The notes: a model not told the origin generated them from the letters alone. A stretch of DNA of 48,845 bases from Azonexus sp. (GCA_036726285.1 DAIMCQ010000001.1:1-48845); one strand, 5' to 3'. Counted from the first letter of the stretch, positions 9,657 to 21,211 are shown. Translations and numbers: made by a program.

Positions 9657-9672
9657 TGTCTTATATAAGACA
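9657..9672. promoter_or_regulatory. Perfect 16-bp palindrome, probable GntR (SdhR) operator
   Basis: TGTCTTATATAAGACA in the divergent mdh/gntR spacer. Confidence 0.75.
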
Positions 9673-9717
9673 ACTTTTCGTGGACGGCTTGCCGGAAATG
9701 TGCTGAAATTTGGCCCC

Positions 9718-10470
9718 ATGACTCGTGACGCTCCCCGTCCTGCCCGCGCTCCATCACCCACCTTTAGCCCTCTTTATCGGCAGATCAAGGATTTTCTGAT
9801 CCGCAGCCTGGAAGACGGTGAGTGGGGGCCGGGTGATGCCATTCCCAGTGAAGGGGAGTTGGCTGTTCGTTTCAATGTCAGCCAGGGAACGGTGCGCAAG
9901 GCCATCGATGAGATGGCGGCCGAGAATCTGTTGGTTCGCCGTCAGGGCAAGGGGACTTTTGTTGCGACACACAGCGACCCCCGTTCGTTCTATCGTTTTC
10001 TTCGCCTTGTGCCGGATGACGGTAGTGCCACTCATACGGTGAGCGACCCCTTTGCCTGCGAGGTTCTGCCGGCTAATGCCCAGGTGGCTGCCGCACTCGG
10101 TCTGCAGTTGAACGATCCGGTGATTTGCGTCGAGCGCTTGCTCCGCTTCAACGGAGATCCCGTGGTTTTTGATCAGATCTATTTGCTCGTCGATCTGTTT
10201 TCCGGATTGACCCTGGAGCGTTTGAGAGCCGGCGAGCGTTCCTTGTACAGTTTGTTCGAAAGCGATTTTGGTGTCCGCATGATCAATGCCGAAGAGCATT
10301 TGCGTGCGGTGGCGGCAGATTCCTATGCGGCTGGTTTGCTGGGTTTGTCAGAGGGTTATCCGTTGTTGCTGGTGGAGCGGACTGCCTACACCTATGGCAA
10401 TAAACCGGTTGAGTGGCGACGTGGCTTGTATTGCACGAATCGGCATTTTTACCGCAACGATTTGGGGTGA
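9718..10470 (+). CDS. GntR/HutC-family regulator with UTRA domain (SdhR-type)
   Basis: PLYRQIK..IPSEGELA..VSQGTVRKAI..RRQGKGTFV; syntenic between mdh and sdhC. Confidence 0.9.
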   Translation: MTRDAPRPARAPSPTFSPLYRQIKDFLIRSLEDGEWGPGDAIPSEGELAVRFNVSQGTVRKAIDEMAAENLLVRRQGKGTFVATHSDPRSFYRFLRLVPDDGSATHTVSDPFACEVLPANAQVAAALGLQLNDPVICVERLLRFNGDPVVFDQIYLLVDLFSGLTLERLRAGERSLYSLFESDFGVRMINAEEHLRAVAADSYAAGLLGLSEGYPLLLVERTAYTYGNKPVEWRRGLYCTNRHFYRNDLG

Positions 10471-10600
10471 GAGAGATAGCTGGATTGGCCTTGAAATGAC
10501 GTGTTTCGGCGCGTCTGGCCTGATTTTGAATGTATAATTACGGTTCTTTTCAAACCACGTACAAGCGGATAACCGCATTCTTACGCGAGGGATGACGTTC

Positions 10601-10990
10601 ATGGCAGAAATGACCATTAAGAAGAAACGTCCAAAAAATTTGGACTTAACTACAATCAAGTTGCCGTTGCCCGGCAAGGTTTCGATTCTCCATCGTGTTA
10701 GCGGTGTTGGATTGTTTCTTTGCTTGCCGCTTCTGCTCTGGTTGTTTGGAGCAAGTTTGACTTCGGTTGAGACGTTTGCTGTCTTCAAGGCGGTGTTTGC
10801 CACCTTGCCGGCTAAAGTGGTTCTTGCTGGTTTGATTTGGGCGTTCGCGCATCATTTCTGTGCCGGTATCCGCTTCCTGCTCCTGGATGTTCATGTTGGT
10901 ATCGAGAAAGCGGCTGCTCGTCAGTCCGCTGGCGTCGTCTTCGCGGTCAGTATTCCGCTGACGCTGGTTCTGTGGGGGGTTCTGCTGTGA
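10601..10990 (+). CDS. sdhC: Succinate dehydrogenase cytochrome b556 subunit
   Basis: RPKNLDL, SILHRVSG, HHFCAGIR. Confidence 0.95.
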   Translation: MAEMTIKKKRPKNLDLTTIKLPLPGKVSILHRVSGVGLFLCLPLLLWLFGASLTSVETFAVFKAVFATLPAKVVLAGLIWAFAHHFCAGIRFLLLDVHVGIEKAAARQSAGVVFAVSIPLTLVLWGVLL

Positions 10991-11334
10991 TCAACCGTAT
11001 CGTTGTCGGGGCTCATTACGGCCTGAAAGACTGGATCGCCCAGCGCGCTACCGCGGTCATCATGGCTGTGTATTCGGTTCTGATTGCTGCCGTGTTGCTG
11101 GTTGTGCGCCCTTCGACTTTCGAAGCGTGGCAAGGTGTGTTTGCCAATGGCTTCATCAAGTTTGTCACCTTCCTTTTCTTCGTCAGCCTTTTTTATCACG
11201 CCTGGATTGGTGTGCGTGATATCTGGATGGACTACATCAAGTCGGCCGGCCTGCGGTTGACTCTGCATGTCCTGACCATTGCTGCGCTGGTTGGTTACAC
11301 CGCGTGGGCTGCTGCGATTCTCTGGAGGCTGTAA
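10987..11334 (+). CDS. sdhD: Succinate dehydrogenase membrane anchor
   Basis: GLKDWIAQRATA, HAWIGVRDIWMDY; GTG start overlapping the sdhC stop. Confidence 0.95.
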   Translation: MINRIVVGAHYGLKDWIAQRATAVIMAVYSVLIAAVLLVVRPSTFEAWQGVFANGFIKFVTFLFFVSLFYHAWIGVRDIWMDYIKSAGLRLTLHVLTIAALVGYTAWAAAILWRL

Positions 11335-11336
11335 GC

Positions 11337-13121
11337 GTGAGTATTCCTGTTCTCAAGTTTGATGCGGTCATCGTCGGTGCTGGTGGCGCCGGTCTGCGTT
11401 CCGCGATTCAATTGTCCGAAGCCGGCCTGAAAACGGCCGTGTTGTCCAAGGTTTTTCCGACCCGCTCGCACACGGTTGCGGCGCAGGGTGGTGTGGCGGC
11501 GTCCCTCGGTAACTCCGAGGAAGATCACTGGACGTGGCACATGTACGATACCGTCAAGGGTTCCGACTGGCTCGGCGATCAGGATGCGATCGAGTTCATG
11601 TGCAAGAAGGCGAACGAAGTGGTCGTTGAACTCGAGCACTACGGCATGCCGTTTGACCGTACCGACAACGGCAAGATCTATCAGCGCCCGTTCGGCGGCC
11701 ACATGTCCAACTTTGGCGAAAAGCCGGTGCGCCGTTCCTGCGCTGCCGCTGACCGTACAGGTCACGCCATGCTGCACGCCATGTATCAGCGTAACGTCAA
11801 GGCCAATACCCAGTTCTTCGTCGAATGGATGGCGCTTGACCTGATCCGTGACGAAGAAGGGCACGTTCTCGGCGTTACTGCGATGGAAATGGAAACCGGC
11901 CAGATCGTGATCTTCCACGCTCGTGCCACCATTTTCGCCACCGGCGGCGCCGGCCGTATCTTCTACTCTTCGACCAATGCCTTCATCAACACCGGTGACG
12001 GCCTGGGTATGGCGGCACGCGCCGGCATCGCGCTCGAAGACATGGAGTTCTGGCAGTTCCACCCGACCGGCGTGGCCGGTGCCGGGGTGCTGATTACCGA
12101 AGGCGTGCGCGGCGAAGGCGGCATCCTGCGTAACTCCAGCAAGGAGCGCTTCATGGAGCGCTACGCTCCGAATGCCAAGGATCTGGCGTCGCGTGACGTG
12201 GTTTCGCGTGCCATGGCGACCGAAATCAAGGAAGGTCGTGGTTGCGGCGTCAACAAGGATTACGTCCTGCTCGACATTACTCACCTCGATCCGGCCACCA
12301 TCATGAAGCGCCTGCCCGGCATCCACGAAATCGGCATTCAGTTTGCCGGCGTTGATTGCCTGAAAGAGCCGCTGCCGGTTGTGCCGACCTGTCACTACCA
12401 GATGGGTGGTATCCCGACCCATTACTCCGGTCGTGTCGTGATGCCCAAGGATGGCGATATGAATTCGGTCGTCCCCGGTTTCTATGCCGGTGGCGAGTGT
12501 GCCTGTGCTTCTGTGCACGGTGCCAATCGTCTCGGTACCAATTCGTTGCTCGATCTGCTGGTCTTCGGTAAATCGGCTGGCGATTCCGCTGTCGAAGATC
12601 TCAAGGCTGGTCGCGCTCATCGCGAATTGCCGAAGGATGTTGCCGACAAGACGCTGGCACGTATTGCCGCGCTTGATAATCGCAAGGGCGGTGCAAACGT
12701 ACACGAAACCCGTCTGGCGATGCAGCGCACCATGCAGGATCACGCCGGTGTGTTCCGTTTCGGCGATATGCTGAAGCAGGGTGTCGAAAAGATCCTCGAA
12801 GTCGAAAAGGCAGCTCGCCAGCTCGAAATCAAGGACAAGTCGCAGGCCTGGAATACGGCGCGTACCGAGGCGCTGGAAATGGAAAACCTGATCGAAGTTG
12901 CCAAGGCAACCATGATCTCCGCCGAGGCTCGTAAAGAGTCCCGCGGTGCTCACGTCCGCGACGACGCGCCGGATACGGCCGAATTCCCGAATGGCCGTAA
13001 CGACAAGGAATGGCTCAAACACACGCTGTTCTCGCCGGTTGATAATTCGATCACCTACAAGCCGGTGAACATGCAACCCCTGACCGTCGAGCCTGTTGCG
13101 CTCAAGACGCGCTCGTACTAA
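11337..13121 (+). CDS. sdhA: Succinate dehydrogenase flavoprotein subunit
   Basis: GAGGAG, RSHTVAAQGG, HGANRLGTNSL. Confidence 0.98.
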   Translation: MSIPVLKFDAVIVGAGGAGLRSAIQLSEAGLKTAVLSKVFPTRSHTVAAQGGVAASLGNSEEDHWTWHMYDTVKGSDWLGDQDAIEFMCKKANEVVVELEHYGMPFDRTDNGKIYQRPFGGHMSNFGEKPVRRSCAAADRTGHAMLHAMYQRNVKANTQFFVEWMALDLIRDEEGHVLGVTAMEMETGQIVIFHARATIFATGGAGRIFYSSTNAFINTGDGLGMAARAGIALEDMEFWQFHPTGVAGAGVLITEGVRGEGGILRNSSKERFMERYAPNAKDLASRDVVSRAMATEIKEGRGCGVNKDYVLLDITHLDPATIMKRLPGIHEIGIQFAGVDCLKEPLPVVPTCHYQMGGIPTHYSGRVVMPKDGDMNSVVPGFYAGGECACASVHGANRLGTNSLLDLLVFGKSAGDSAVEDLKAGRAHRELPKDVADKTLARIAALDNRKGGANVHETRLAMQRTMQDHAGVFRFGDMLKQGVEKILEVEKAARQLEIKDKSQAWNTARTEALEMENLIEVAKATMISAEARKESRGAHVRDDAPDTAEFPNGRNDKEWLKHTLFSPVDNSITYKPVNMQPLTVEPVALKTRSY

Positions 13122-13133
13122 TCGGAGTCCAGA

Positions 13134-13844
13134 ATGAGCAAACGCATGGTTCAATTCAGTATCTATCGCTACGATCCGGACAAGGATGATGCGCCGTACA
13201 TGCAGGATATCTCGGTCGAGCTGGAGCCGACCGACCGCAAGTTGCTGGACGCGCTGACCAAGCTCAAGGCCAAGGATGACGCGATTTCATATCGCCGTTC
13301 CTGCCGCGAAGGCGTCTGCGGTTCGGACGCGATGAATATCAACGGCAAGAACGGCTTGGCCTGTCTGACCGATATCGACAGCCTGAAGCAACCGATCGTG
13401 CTGCGCCCGTTGCCCGGCCTGCCGGTCATTCGCGATCTGATCGTCGATATGACCCAGTTCTTCAAGCAATATCATTCGATCAAGCCCTACTTGATCAACA
13501 ACGATCCGCCGCCGGAGCGTGAGCGCCTGCAGTCGCCGGAAGACCGTGAAGAATTGAATGGTCTGTACGAGTGCATCCTGTGTGCTTGCTGCTCGACTTC
13601 CTGTCCGTCGTTCTGGTGGAACCCGGACAAGTTTGTCGGCCCGGCCGGCCTGCTGGCTGCCTATCGTTTCATCGCGGATACGCGTGATCAGGCGACAAAC
13701 GAGCGTCTCGACAACCTCGAAGACCCGTACCGTCTGTTCCGTTGCCACACCATCATGAACTGTGTTGACGTATGCCCGAAGGGTTTGAACCCGACCAAGG
13801 CGATCGGCAAGATCAAGGACATGATGGTCCGTCGCGCCGTCTGA
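13134..13844 (+). CDS. sdhB: Succinate dehydrogenase iron-sulfur subunit
   Basis: SCREGVCGSD, CILCACCSTSCP, CHTIMNCVDVCP. Confidence 0.98.
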   Translation: MSKRMVQFSIYRYDPDKDDAPYMQDISVELEPTDRKLLDALTKLKAKDDAISYRRSCREGVCGSDAMNINGKNGLACLTDIDSLKQPIVLRPLPGLPVIRDLIVDMTQFFKQYHSIKPYLINNDPPPERERLQSPEDREELNGLYECILCACCSTSCPSFWWNPDKFVGPAGLLAAYRFIADTRDQATNERLDNLEDPYRLFRCHTIMNCVDVCPKGLNPTKAIGKIKDMMVRRAV

Positions 13845-14089
13845 TGGAAAGAGCGGACTACGAACGCCTGCGTTGGCGCTGTATCCGTCGCGCACTTCTC
13901 GAACTCGATATCACGCTGACGCGTTTTCTCGATGGTGGCGGGTTCGATAAGTTGAATGACGAGGAACAGCAGGCGTTCGTGGAGCTTGCCGATATGGAGG
14001 ATTACGATCTCTGGGACTTGCTGACCGGCAAGGCGGAGATCGATGATCCCCGTCTGGCGCCCATCGTGGCGCTGCTTCGTAAGAGTTGA
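13844..14089 (+). CDS. sdhE: Succinate dehydrogenase assembly factor 2
   Basis: RLRWRCIRRALLELD motif; coupled to the sdhB stop. Confidence 0.85.
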   Translation: MERADYERLRWRCIRRALLELDITLTRFLDGGGFDKLNDEEQQAFVELADMEDYDLWDLLTGKAEIDDPRLAPIVALLRKS

Positions 14090-14171
14090 GTAAGGTTTTC
14101 ATTCTAATGTAGGAATGTTGACCGCTTTTTGGCAGTGCAGTGACAACCAACACCTGAACAGGGAATACACC

Positions 14172-15470
14172 ATGACAACCGAACGCAAGGCAACTTTGAC
14201 AATCGACGGGCTGGCTCCTGTCGATTTCCCGATCATGTCCCCGACGCACGGCAACGATTGCGTCGATATTCGTACGCTGGGCGCCAAGACCGGTTTGTTC
14301 ACCTACGACTCCGGTTTCCTCTCCACCGCAAGCTGCAAGTCCAAGATCACCTTCATTGACGGTGACAAGGGCGAGCTGTTGTACCGTGGTTATCCCATCG
14401 AACAGCTGGCTGAAAACTGCAACTTCCTGGAAGTGACCTATCTGTTGAAGAACGGTGAACTGCCAAATGCTGCGCAGAAGGCCGAATTTGAAAACACCAT
14501 CAAGAACCATACGATGGTGCACGAGCAACTTTCCAAGTTCTTCTCCGGTTTCCGTCGCGATGCTCACCCGATGGCCGTCATGACTGGCGTGGTTGGCGCC
14601 TTGTCGGCCTTCTACCACGACGCGATGGACTTCTCCGATGCCGAACATCGCAACGTCAGCTTCAATCGCCTGATTGCCAAGCTGCCGACCATTGTCGCGA
14701 TGGCGTACAAGTACAACACCGGTGCGCCGTTCATGTATCCGGATAACTCACTGGATTACACCTCCAACTTCATGCGCATGATGTTCGGTAACCCGTGCGA
14801 GAAGTATGTGCCGAACCCGGTTCTGGTTCGCGCACTGGACGTGATCTTCACGCTCCACGCCGACCATGAGCAAAATGCATCGACCTCGACCGTTCGTCTG
14901 GCCGGTTCGTCGGGCGCCAATCCGTTCGCCTGTATTGCTGCCGGTATCGCCTGTCTGTGGGGCCCGGCGCACGGTGGTGCAAACGAAGCTTGTCTGCAGA
15001 TGCTCGAAGAAATCGGTGATGTGTCGCGTGTTCCGGAATACATCGCCCGTGCCAAGGACAAGAACGATTCGTTCAAGCTGATGGGTTTTGGTCATCGCGT
15101 CTACAAGAACTTCGATCCGCGCGCCAAGCTGATGCGCAAGGTTTGCAACGAAGTATTGACCGAATTGGGTCTGCAGAACGATCGTCTGTTCAAGCTGGCC
15201 ATGGAGTTGGAAAAGATCGCGCTGGAAGATCCGTACTTCGTCGAGAAGAAGCTCTACCCGAACGTGGACTTCTACTCGGGTATCGTCCAGAAGGCGATCG
15301 GTATCCCGACCGAGATGTTTACCTGTATCTTCGCCCTGGCCCGTACGGTCGGCTGGATGACGCAGTGGGAAGAAATGATTTCCGATCCGGAGTACAAGAT
15401 CGGTCGTCCGCGTCAGCTGTACATCGGCGCTGCCAAGCGCGACGTGGTACCGCTTGCCCAACGCGGCTAA
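14172..15470 (+). CDS. gltA: Citrate synthase (type II)
   Basis: [36 protein letters not shown]. Confidence 0.98.
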   Translation: MTTERKATLTIDGLAPVDFPIMSPTHGNDCVDIRTLGAKTGLFTYDSGFLSTASCKSKITFIDGDKGELLYRGYPIEQLAENCNFLEVTYLLKNGELPNAAQKAEFENTIKNHTMVHEQLSKFFSGFRRDAHPMAVMTGVVGALSAFYHDAMDFSDAEHRNVSFNRLIAKLPTIVAMAYKYNTGAPFMYPDNSLDYTSNFMRMMFGNPCEKYVPNPVLVRALDVIFTLHADHEQNASTSTVRLAGSSGANPFACIAAGIACLWGPAHGGANEACLQMLEEIGDVSRVPEYIARAKDKNDSFKLMGFGHRVYKNFDPRAKLMRKVCNEVLTELGLQNDRLFKLAMELEKIALEDPYFVEKKLYPNVDFYSGIVQKAIGIPTEMFTCIFALARTVGWMTQWEEMISDPEYKIGRPRQLYIGAAKRDVVPLAQRG

Positions 15471-15480
15471 GAAGAAAATC

Positions 15481-15506
15481 GGGCGGCCGTGTGGCCGCCC
15501 TTTTTT
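15481..15506 (+). terminator. Rho-independent terminator after gltA
   Basis: GGGCGGCC-gtgt-GGCCGCCC-TTTTTT. Confidence 0.85.
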
Positions 15507-15572
15507 ACTTGTGGAATTGAACTTGAGCAACCCGCAGCTAATGAGAAAGACAACACCCTAGAGGGGACGCCT

Positions 15573-18407
15573 ATGACAACGATGAATCAACTGTTCGACA
15601 GCACGATGTTCTTCGGCGGCAATGCGCCGTTTGTGGAAGAGCTGTACGAAAACTACCTGAACGATCCGACCTCGGTTCCGGCCGAATGGCGGGAATATTT
15701 CGATCGCCTGGCCCAAATGCCGGGCTTTGTCGCGCGTGACGTGGCGCATGCGCCGGTTATTGCCGCTTTTGCCGAACTGGGCAAGGATGGTGGTTTCCGT
15801 CCTGCGCCAGCGACTGGTGGTGACAACAAGAAGCAATCGGCGGTCGGCCAACTGGTGACGGCCTATCGTTCGATGGGTACCCGCTGGGCCGACCTCGATC
15901 CGCTCAAGCGCCTGCCCCGTCCGCAGATTGATGAGCTGGATCCGGCTTTTTACGGTTTTGCCGATGCCGACCAGAATCAGACCTTCAGCGTCGGTTCTTT
16001 GAAGGGGCTGCCGGAAAACGCCAAGCTGGGCGATATTCTCGAAACGCTCAAGCAGACGTACTGCGGCACGATCGGTGTCGAGTACATGTACATGACCGAG
16101 TACACCGAGAAGCGTTGGTTGCAGGATCGTCTGGAAAGCATTCGTTCCCGTCCGACCTATACCGCGGACGAGAAGAAGCGCATCCTTGAGCGCCTGACCG
16201 CTGCTGAAACCCTTGAGCGTTACCTGCATACCAAGTATGTCGGCCAGAAGCGTTTCTCCCTTGAAGGTGGCGAATCGCTGATCGTTGCCATGGACGAAAC
16301 CATCCGTTCGGGCGGCCGTACCGGTATCGACGAAATCGTCATCGGCATGGCCCACCGTGGTCGTTTGAATGTTCTGGTCAACACGCTGGGCAAGGCGCCC
16401 TCGATGCTCTTCGCCGAATTTGAAGGCAAGAAGGCTTCCGACCTTTCCGCTGGCGACGTCAAATACCACATGGGCTTCTCGTCCGACGTGGCAACGGCTC
16501 AAGGCCCGTGCCATCTGACGCTGGCATTCAACCCTTCGCACCTCGAAATCGTCAATCCGGTGGTTGAAGGCTCGGTATATGCCCGCCAGGTCCGTCGTGG
16601 CGAAGGCAGCAAATCGAAGGTTCTTCCAGTTTTGATTCATGGTGACTCGGCGGTTGCCGGCCAGGGCGTCAACCAGGAAATGCTCAACTTTGCGCAGACT
16701 CGCGGTTACGGTACGGGCGGCACGCTGCATATCGTCGTGAACAACCAGATTGGCTTCACCACCAGCGATCCGCGTGATTATCGTTCGGGTCACTACTGTA
16801 CCGACATCTTCAAGATGGCCGATGCACCGATCTTCCACGTCAATGGCGACGATCCGGAAGCGGTTGCACTGGTTACCCAGCTTGCCGTCGAATTCCGTCA
16901 GCAGTTCAAGAAGGATGTCGTGATCGACATCATTTGCTATCGCAAGCTTGGTCACAACGAACAAGACGAGCCGATGGTCACCCAGCCGCTGATGTACAAG
17001 AAGATTGCCAAGCACCCGGGTACCCGCAAGCTGTACGGCGACAAGTTGATTGCCGAAGGCGTGCTGGCAGCCGATGGTCCGGACCAGATGATTACCGAAT
17101 ACCGCGCCCACCTTGACAAGGGGGAGCTGCTGTACAACCCGGTACTGGCTGGTTACAAGCATCCGAACATGATCGACTGGACGCCGTTCCTGCCGAAGAA
17201 GTACATCGAAAACTGCGACACCACAGTGCCGATGAAGGAACTGCAACGCTTGTCGCAGCGCCTGACCGCACTGCCCGAAACCTTCACACTGCATTCGCGC
17301 GTCAAGAAAATCGTCGAAGATCGCGCCGCTATGGGCGAAGGCAAGTTGGCAGTTGACTGGGGTATGGCCGAAAACTTGGCCTATGCTTCGCTGCTGGTTT
17401 CTGGCTATGGCGTTCGTATTTCCGGTGAAGACGTCGGTCGCGGTACCTTCTTCCACCGTCATGCCGCTTTCCACGATCAGAATCGTGAAAGCTGGGACGA
17501 AGGCACCTACTACACCCTGAAGCATCTCCAGGAAAAGCAGGCCGGTTTCCATTGCTACGACTCGGTGCTGTCGGAAGAAGCCGTTCTGGCTTTCGACTAC
17601 GGCTATGCCACGGCCAACCCCTACGAACTCGTCGTCTGGGAAGGTCAGTTCGGCGACTTCGCCAACGGTGCGCAGGTGGTTATCGACCAGTTCATCGCTT
17701 CCGGCGAAGCCAAGTGGGGTCGCGCCTGCGGTTTGGTCATGCTGTTGCCGCACGGTTACGAAGGTCAGGGTCCGGAGCACTCGTCGGCTCGCCTCGAGCG
17801 CTACATGCAGGCTTGTGCCGAAATGAACATGGAAGTCTGCGTGCCGTCCAACGCCGCCCAGGTCTTCCACATGCTGCGCCGCCAGGCCGTCCGCATGCAG
17901 CGTAAGCCGCTCATCGTGATGTCACCGAAATCGCTGCTGCGCCACAAGGATGCCGCTTCGCCGCTGGAAGATCTGGCCAATGGCGAATTCCAGCGCGTCA
18001 TCGGTGAAGTCGACAAGATCGATGCCAAGAAGGTCAAGCGCGTCATCCTCTGCTCCGGCAAGGTGTATTACGACCTGGTTGCAGCCCGCCGCGAGAAGAA
18101 AATCACCGATATCGCGATTGTGCGTATCGAACAGCTCTATCCCTTCCCGAAGGATTCCCTGGAGAAGGAACTGGCCAAGTATCCGAAGGCGACCGAAGTC
18201 GTCTGGTGTCAGGAAGAGCCGCGCAACCAGGGCGCATGGTACTGGTTCGCTTCGCGTCATCATCTGGACAGTGGTCTGGGCGCCAAGCAGAAGCTGCTGC
18301 TGGTCGCACGTCCCGCATCGCCTTCGCCGGCCGTGGGGTATCTGGCCAAGCACAACGAGCAACAAAAGGCACTTATCGAGTCCGCACTGGGCAAGATCGA
18401 GTACTAA
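15573..18407 (+). CDS. sucA: 2-oxoglutarate dehydrogenase E1
   Basis: GMAHRGRLN, HGDSAVAGQG, LPHGYEGQGPEHSSARLER. Confidence 0.98.
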   Translation: MTTMNQLFDSTMFFGGNAPFVEELYENYLNDPTSVPAEWREYFDRLAQMPGFVARDVAHAPVIAAFAELGKDGGFRPAPATGGDNKKQSAVGQLVTAYRSMGTRWADLDPLKRLPRPQIDELDPAFYGFADADQNQTFSVGSLKGLPENAKLGDILETLKQTYCGTIGVEYMYMTEYTEKRWLQDRLESIRSRPTYTADEKKRILERLTAAETLERYLHTKYVGQKRFSLEGGESLIVAMDETIRSGGRTGIDEIVIGMAHRGRLNVLVNTLGKAPSMLFAEFEGKKASDLSAGDVKYHMGFSSDVATAQGPCHLTLAFNPSHLEIVNPVVEGSVYARQVRRGEGSKSKVLPVLIHGDSAVAGQGVNQEMLNFAQTRGYGTGGTLHIVVNNQIGFTTSDPRDYRSGHYCTDIFKMADAPIFHVNGDDPEAVALVTQLAVEFRQQFKKDVVIDIICYRKLGHNEQDEPMVTQPLMYKKIAKHPGTRKLYGDKLIAEGVLAADGPDQMITEYRAHLDKGELLYNPVLAGYKHPNMIDWTPFLPKKYIENCDTTVPMKELQRLSQRLTALPETFTLHSRVKKIVEDRAAMGEGKLAVDWGMAENLAYASLLVSGYGVRISGEDVGRGTFFHRHAAFHDQNRESWDEGTYYTLKHLQEKQAGFHCYDSVLSEEAVLAFDYGYATANPYELVVWEGQFGDFANGAQVVIDQFIASGEAKWGRACGLVMLLPHGYEGQGPEHSSARLERYMQACAEMNMEVCVPSNAAQVFHMLRRQAVRMQRKPLIVMSPKSLLRHKDAASPLEDLANGEFQRVIGEVDKIDAKKVKRVILCSGKVYYDLVAARREKKITDIAIVRIEQLYPFPKDSLEKELAKYPKATEVVWCQEEPRNQGAWYWFASRHHLDSGLGAKQKLLLVARPASPSPAVGYLAKHNEQQKALIESALGKIEY

Positions 18408-18431
18408 TAACTACAGCAGAGTGGAGTCACT

Positions 18432-19661
18432 ATGAGCATTATTGAAGTTCAAGTTCCCCAGTTGTCCGAGTCCGTTGCCGAAGGCACGCTGGCCTCCTGG
18501 AAAAAGAAAATCGGTGAGGCCGTTGCGCGCGACGAAATCCTGATCGACATCGAAACCGACAAGGTCGTGCTGGAAGTCCCTTCGCCGGGCGCTGGCGTGC
18601 TGGTCGAAATCATCAAGGCGGATGGCGAGACAGTCGTTTCCGGCGAGCTGATCGCCCGTATCGATACCGAAGCCAAGGCAGGGGCAGCTGCGCCTGCCGC
18701 CGAAGCAGCCAAGGCTGCTGCCGCGCCCGCCGCTGCTCCGGCACCGGCTGCGGCCGCTCCGGCTGGTACCGCTAGCCCGTCGGCACGCAAGATCCTCGAC
18801 GAAAAGGGTATTGCTGCGGCTGATGTCGCCGGTACCGGTCGTGGTGGTCGCGTCACCAAGGAAGACGCCGTTGCTGCTGCACCGAAGGCTGGTCCGGTGG
18901 TTGCGCCGGCCGCTGCCAAGGTCGCCTTGCCGACCCCGCCGGTTGAAGTGGCGCTGGGTGATCGTGCCGAACAACGCGTCCCGATGTCGCGTCTGCGTGC
19001 CCGCATTGCCGAGCGTCTGCTGCAGTCGCAGCAGACCAACGCGATCCTGACCACGTTCAACGAAGTGAACATGGGCCCGATGATGGCGCTGCGCAAGCAG
19101 TATGGCGAGAAGTTCGAGAAGGCCCATGGCGTGCGTCTCGGCTTCATGGGCTTCTTCGTCAAGGCAGCTTGTGCCGCCCTGCAGAAGTTCCCGGTGCTGA
19201 ACGCTTCGGTTGATGGCAATGACATCGTCTATCACGGCTACATCGATATCGGCATCGCTGTCGGTTCGCCGCGCGGTCTGGTCGTACCGATCATCCGCAA
19301 CGCTGACCAGATGAGCATCGCCGAAATTGAGAAGAAGATCGCCGAATTCGGTGTCAAGGCCAAGGATGGCAAGCTGACCATCGAAGACCTGACCGGCGGT
19401 ACCTTCTCGATCTCCAACGGCGGCATCTTCGGTTCCATGATGTCCACCCCAATCATCAATCCGCCGCAATCCGCGATTCTCGGCATTCATGCCACCAAGG
19501 ATCGCGCCATGGTTGAAAACGGTCAGGTTGTCGTGCGTCCGATGAACTATCTGGCCATGTCCTACGACCATCGCATCATCGACGGCCGCGAAGCCGTGCT
19601 CGGTCTGGTGACCATGAAGGAAGCGCTGGAAGATCCTTCCCGCCTGCTCCTCGGCGTTTAA
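18432..19661 (+). CDS. sucB: Dihydrolipoamide succinyltransferase E2
   Basis: Lipoyl motif IETDKV, Ala/Pro linker, SYDHRIIDG. Confidence 0.98.
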   Translation: MSIIEVQVPQLSESVAEGTLASWKKKIGEAVARDEILIDIETDKVVLEVPSPGAGVLVEIIKADGETVVSGELIARIDTEAKAGAAAPAAEAAKAAAAPAAAPAPAAAAPAGTASPSARKILDEKGIAAADVAGTGRGGRVTKEDAVAAAPKAGPVVAPAAAKVALPTPPVEVALGDRAEQRVPMSRLRARIAERLLQSQQTNAILTTFNEVNMGPMMALRKQYGEKFEKAHGVRLGFMGFFVKAACAALQKFPVLNASVDGNDIVYHGYIDIGIAVGSPRGLVVPIIRNADQMSIAEIEKKIAEFGVKAKDGKLTIEDLTGGTFSISNGGIFGSMMSTPIINPPQSAILGIHATKDRAMVENGQVVVRPMNYLAMSYDHRIIDGREAVLGLVTMKEALEDPSRLLLGV

Positions 19662-19673
19662 TCGCCTTGCGCC

Positions 19674-19704
19674 GGCGCCAGCTCCCGTCAAGGGCGCTGG
19701 CGCC
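19674..19704 (+). terminator. Intergenic hairpin sucB/lpdA (weak terminator or stability element)
   Basis: GGCGCCAGC...GCTGGCGCC stem followed by TTT. Confidence 0.4.
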
Positions 19705-19733
19705 TTTGCACATCTGAAATCGAAAGGATATTC

Positions 19734-21158
19734 ATGTCCAAGCAATTCGACGTACTCGTTATCGGTGGTGGCCCCGGCGGCTATGTTGCAGCGATCCGTG
19801 CTGCCCAACTCGGTTTCTCCGCAGCGTGCTGCGAGTCCAATCCCTATGCCGACCCGAAGGGCGAACCACGTCTGGGCGGTACCTGCCTGAACGTCGGCTG
19901 TATCCCGTCCAAGGCGCTGCTGCATACTTCCCATCTGTTCGAAGAAGCTGCCCACAGCTTCGAAGGCCAGGGGATCAAGGTCGGCAAGCCCACGATCGAC
20001 GTGCCGGTGATGAAGGCGCGCAAGGACACGGTCGTTACCCAGCTGACTTCCGGCATCAAGGGGCTGTTCAAGAAGAACAAGGTCACGATGATTCCGGGAC
20101 ACGGTTCTTTTGTCGGCAAGGAAGGCGATCTGTACAAGGTCAAGGTTGGCGCGGAAGAAGTGCTGGCCAAGCAGGTCATCATCGCGACCGGTTCCAAGCC
20201 GCGTCACCTGCCGAACGTGCCGGTCGACAACAAGATCGTCATGGACAACGAAGGCGCGCTGAACCAGGAATCCGTACCCAAGAAGCTGGCCATCATCGGT
20301 GCCGGCGTGATCGGTCTGGAAATGGGTTCGGTCTGGCGTCGCCTCGGTTCCGAAGTGACCATTCTCGAAGCCATGCCCGACTTCATGGGTTTTGCCGATC
20401 AGGATGTCGCCAAGGAAGCGCTCAAGCTGTTTGCCAAGCAAGGTCTGGCGATCCAGACTGGCGTCAAGATCGGTGAGATCAAGACGAGCAAGAAGGGCGT
20501 TTCGATCGCTTACGAAAGCAAGGATGGCAAGGCCGAGAAACTGGATGCCGATCGCCTGATCGTCTCGATTGGTCGTATTCCGAACACCGATGGCCTGAAT
20601 GCCGAAGCAGTTGGCTTGAAGCTGAACGAGCGCGGCATGGTCGAGGTCGATGGCCATTGCAAGACCAACCTGCCGGGTGTCTGGGCGGTCGGTGACGTCG
20701 TGCGTGGCCCGATGCTGGCTCATAAGGCGATGGAAGAGGGCGTCATGGTTGCCGAGTTGATGGCTGGCCAGGCTGGCCACTGCAACTTCGAGACCATTCC
20801 GGGCGTGATCTACACGGCACCGGAAATTGCCTGGGTGGGCAAGAACGAACAGCAGCTCAAGGCTGACGGCGTTGCCTACAAGGTCGGCAAGATCCCGTTC
20901 CTGGCCAACGGCCGGGCCCTGGGCATGGGCGACCCGACCGGCTTCGTCAAGATGCTGGCCTGCGCCCAGACCGACCGCATCCTCGGTGTCCATATCATCG
21001 GCCCGAATGCCTCCGAGCTGATTTCCGAAGCCGTAGTGGCGATGGAATTCGGCGGTGCCTCTGAAGATCTGGCACGTATCTGCCACGCTCACCCGACCCT
21101 GTCGGAAGCGGTGCACGAAGCCGCCCTGGCTTGCGACAAGCGCCCGCTGCACTTCTAA
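19734..21158 (+). CDS. lpdA: Dihydrolipoamide dehydrogenase E3
   Basis: [28 protein letters not shown]. Confidence 0.98.
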   Translation: MSKQFDVLVIGGGPGGYVAAIRAAQLGFSAACCESNPYADPKGEPRLGGTCLNVGCIPSKALLHTSHLFEEAAHSFEGQGIKVGKPTIDVPVMKARKDTVVTQLTSGIKGLFKKNKVTMIPGHGSFVGKEGDLYKVKVGAEEVLAKQVIIATGSKPRHLPNVPVDNKIVMDNEGALNQESVPKKLAIIGAGVIGLEMGSVWRRLGSEVTILEAMPDFMGFADQDVAKEALKLFAKQGLAIQTGVKIGEIKTSKKGVSIAYESKDGKAEKLDADRLIVSIGRIPNTDGLNAEAVGLKLNERGMVEVDGHCKTNLPGVWAVGDVVRGPMLAHKAMEEGVMVAELMAGQAGHCNFETIPGVIYTAPEIAWVGKNEQQLKADGVAYKVGKIPFLANGRALGMGDPTGFVKMLACAQTDRILGVHIIGPNASELISEAVVAMEFGGASEDLARICHAHPTLSEAVHEAALACDKRPLHF

Positions 21159-21177
21159 GCAGCGGAATAAAGCCCTG

Positions 21178-21211
21178 AAAGGCGGGTTGCGGCGACGCAG
21201 CCCGCCTTTTT
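21178..21211 (+). terminator. Rho-independent terminator after lpdA
   Basis: AAAGGCGGGTTGCG-loop-CGCAGCCCGCCTTTTT. Confidence 0.85.

Noticed and set aside
18676..18780. Low-complexity GC repeats in sucB
   Set aside because: Normal Ala/Pro-rich E2 linker
11295..21152. Very long antisense ORFs (619, 770 and 913 aa) over sdhA, sucA and sucB-lpdA
   Set aside because: Shadow frames caused by strong codon bias in highly expressed GC-rich genes; no recognisable motifs
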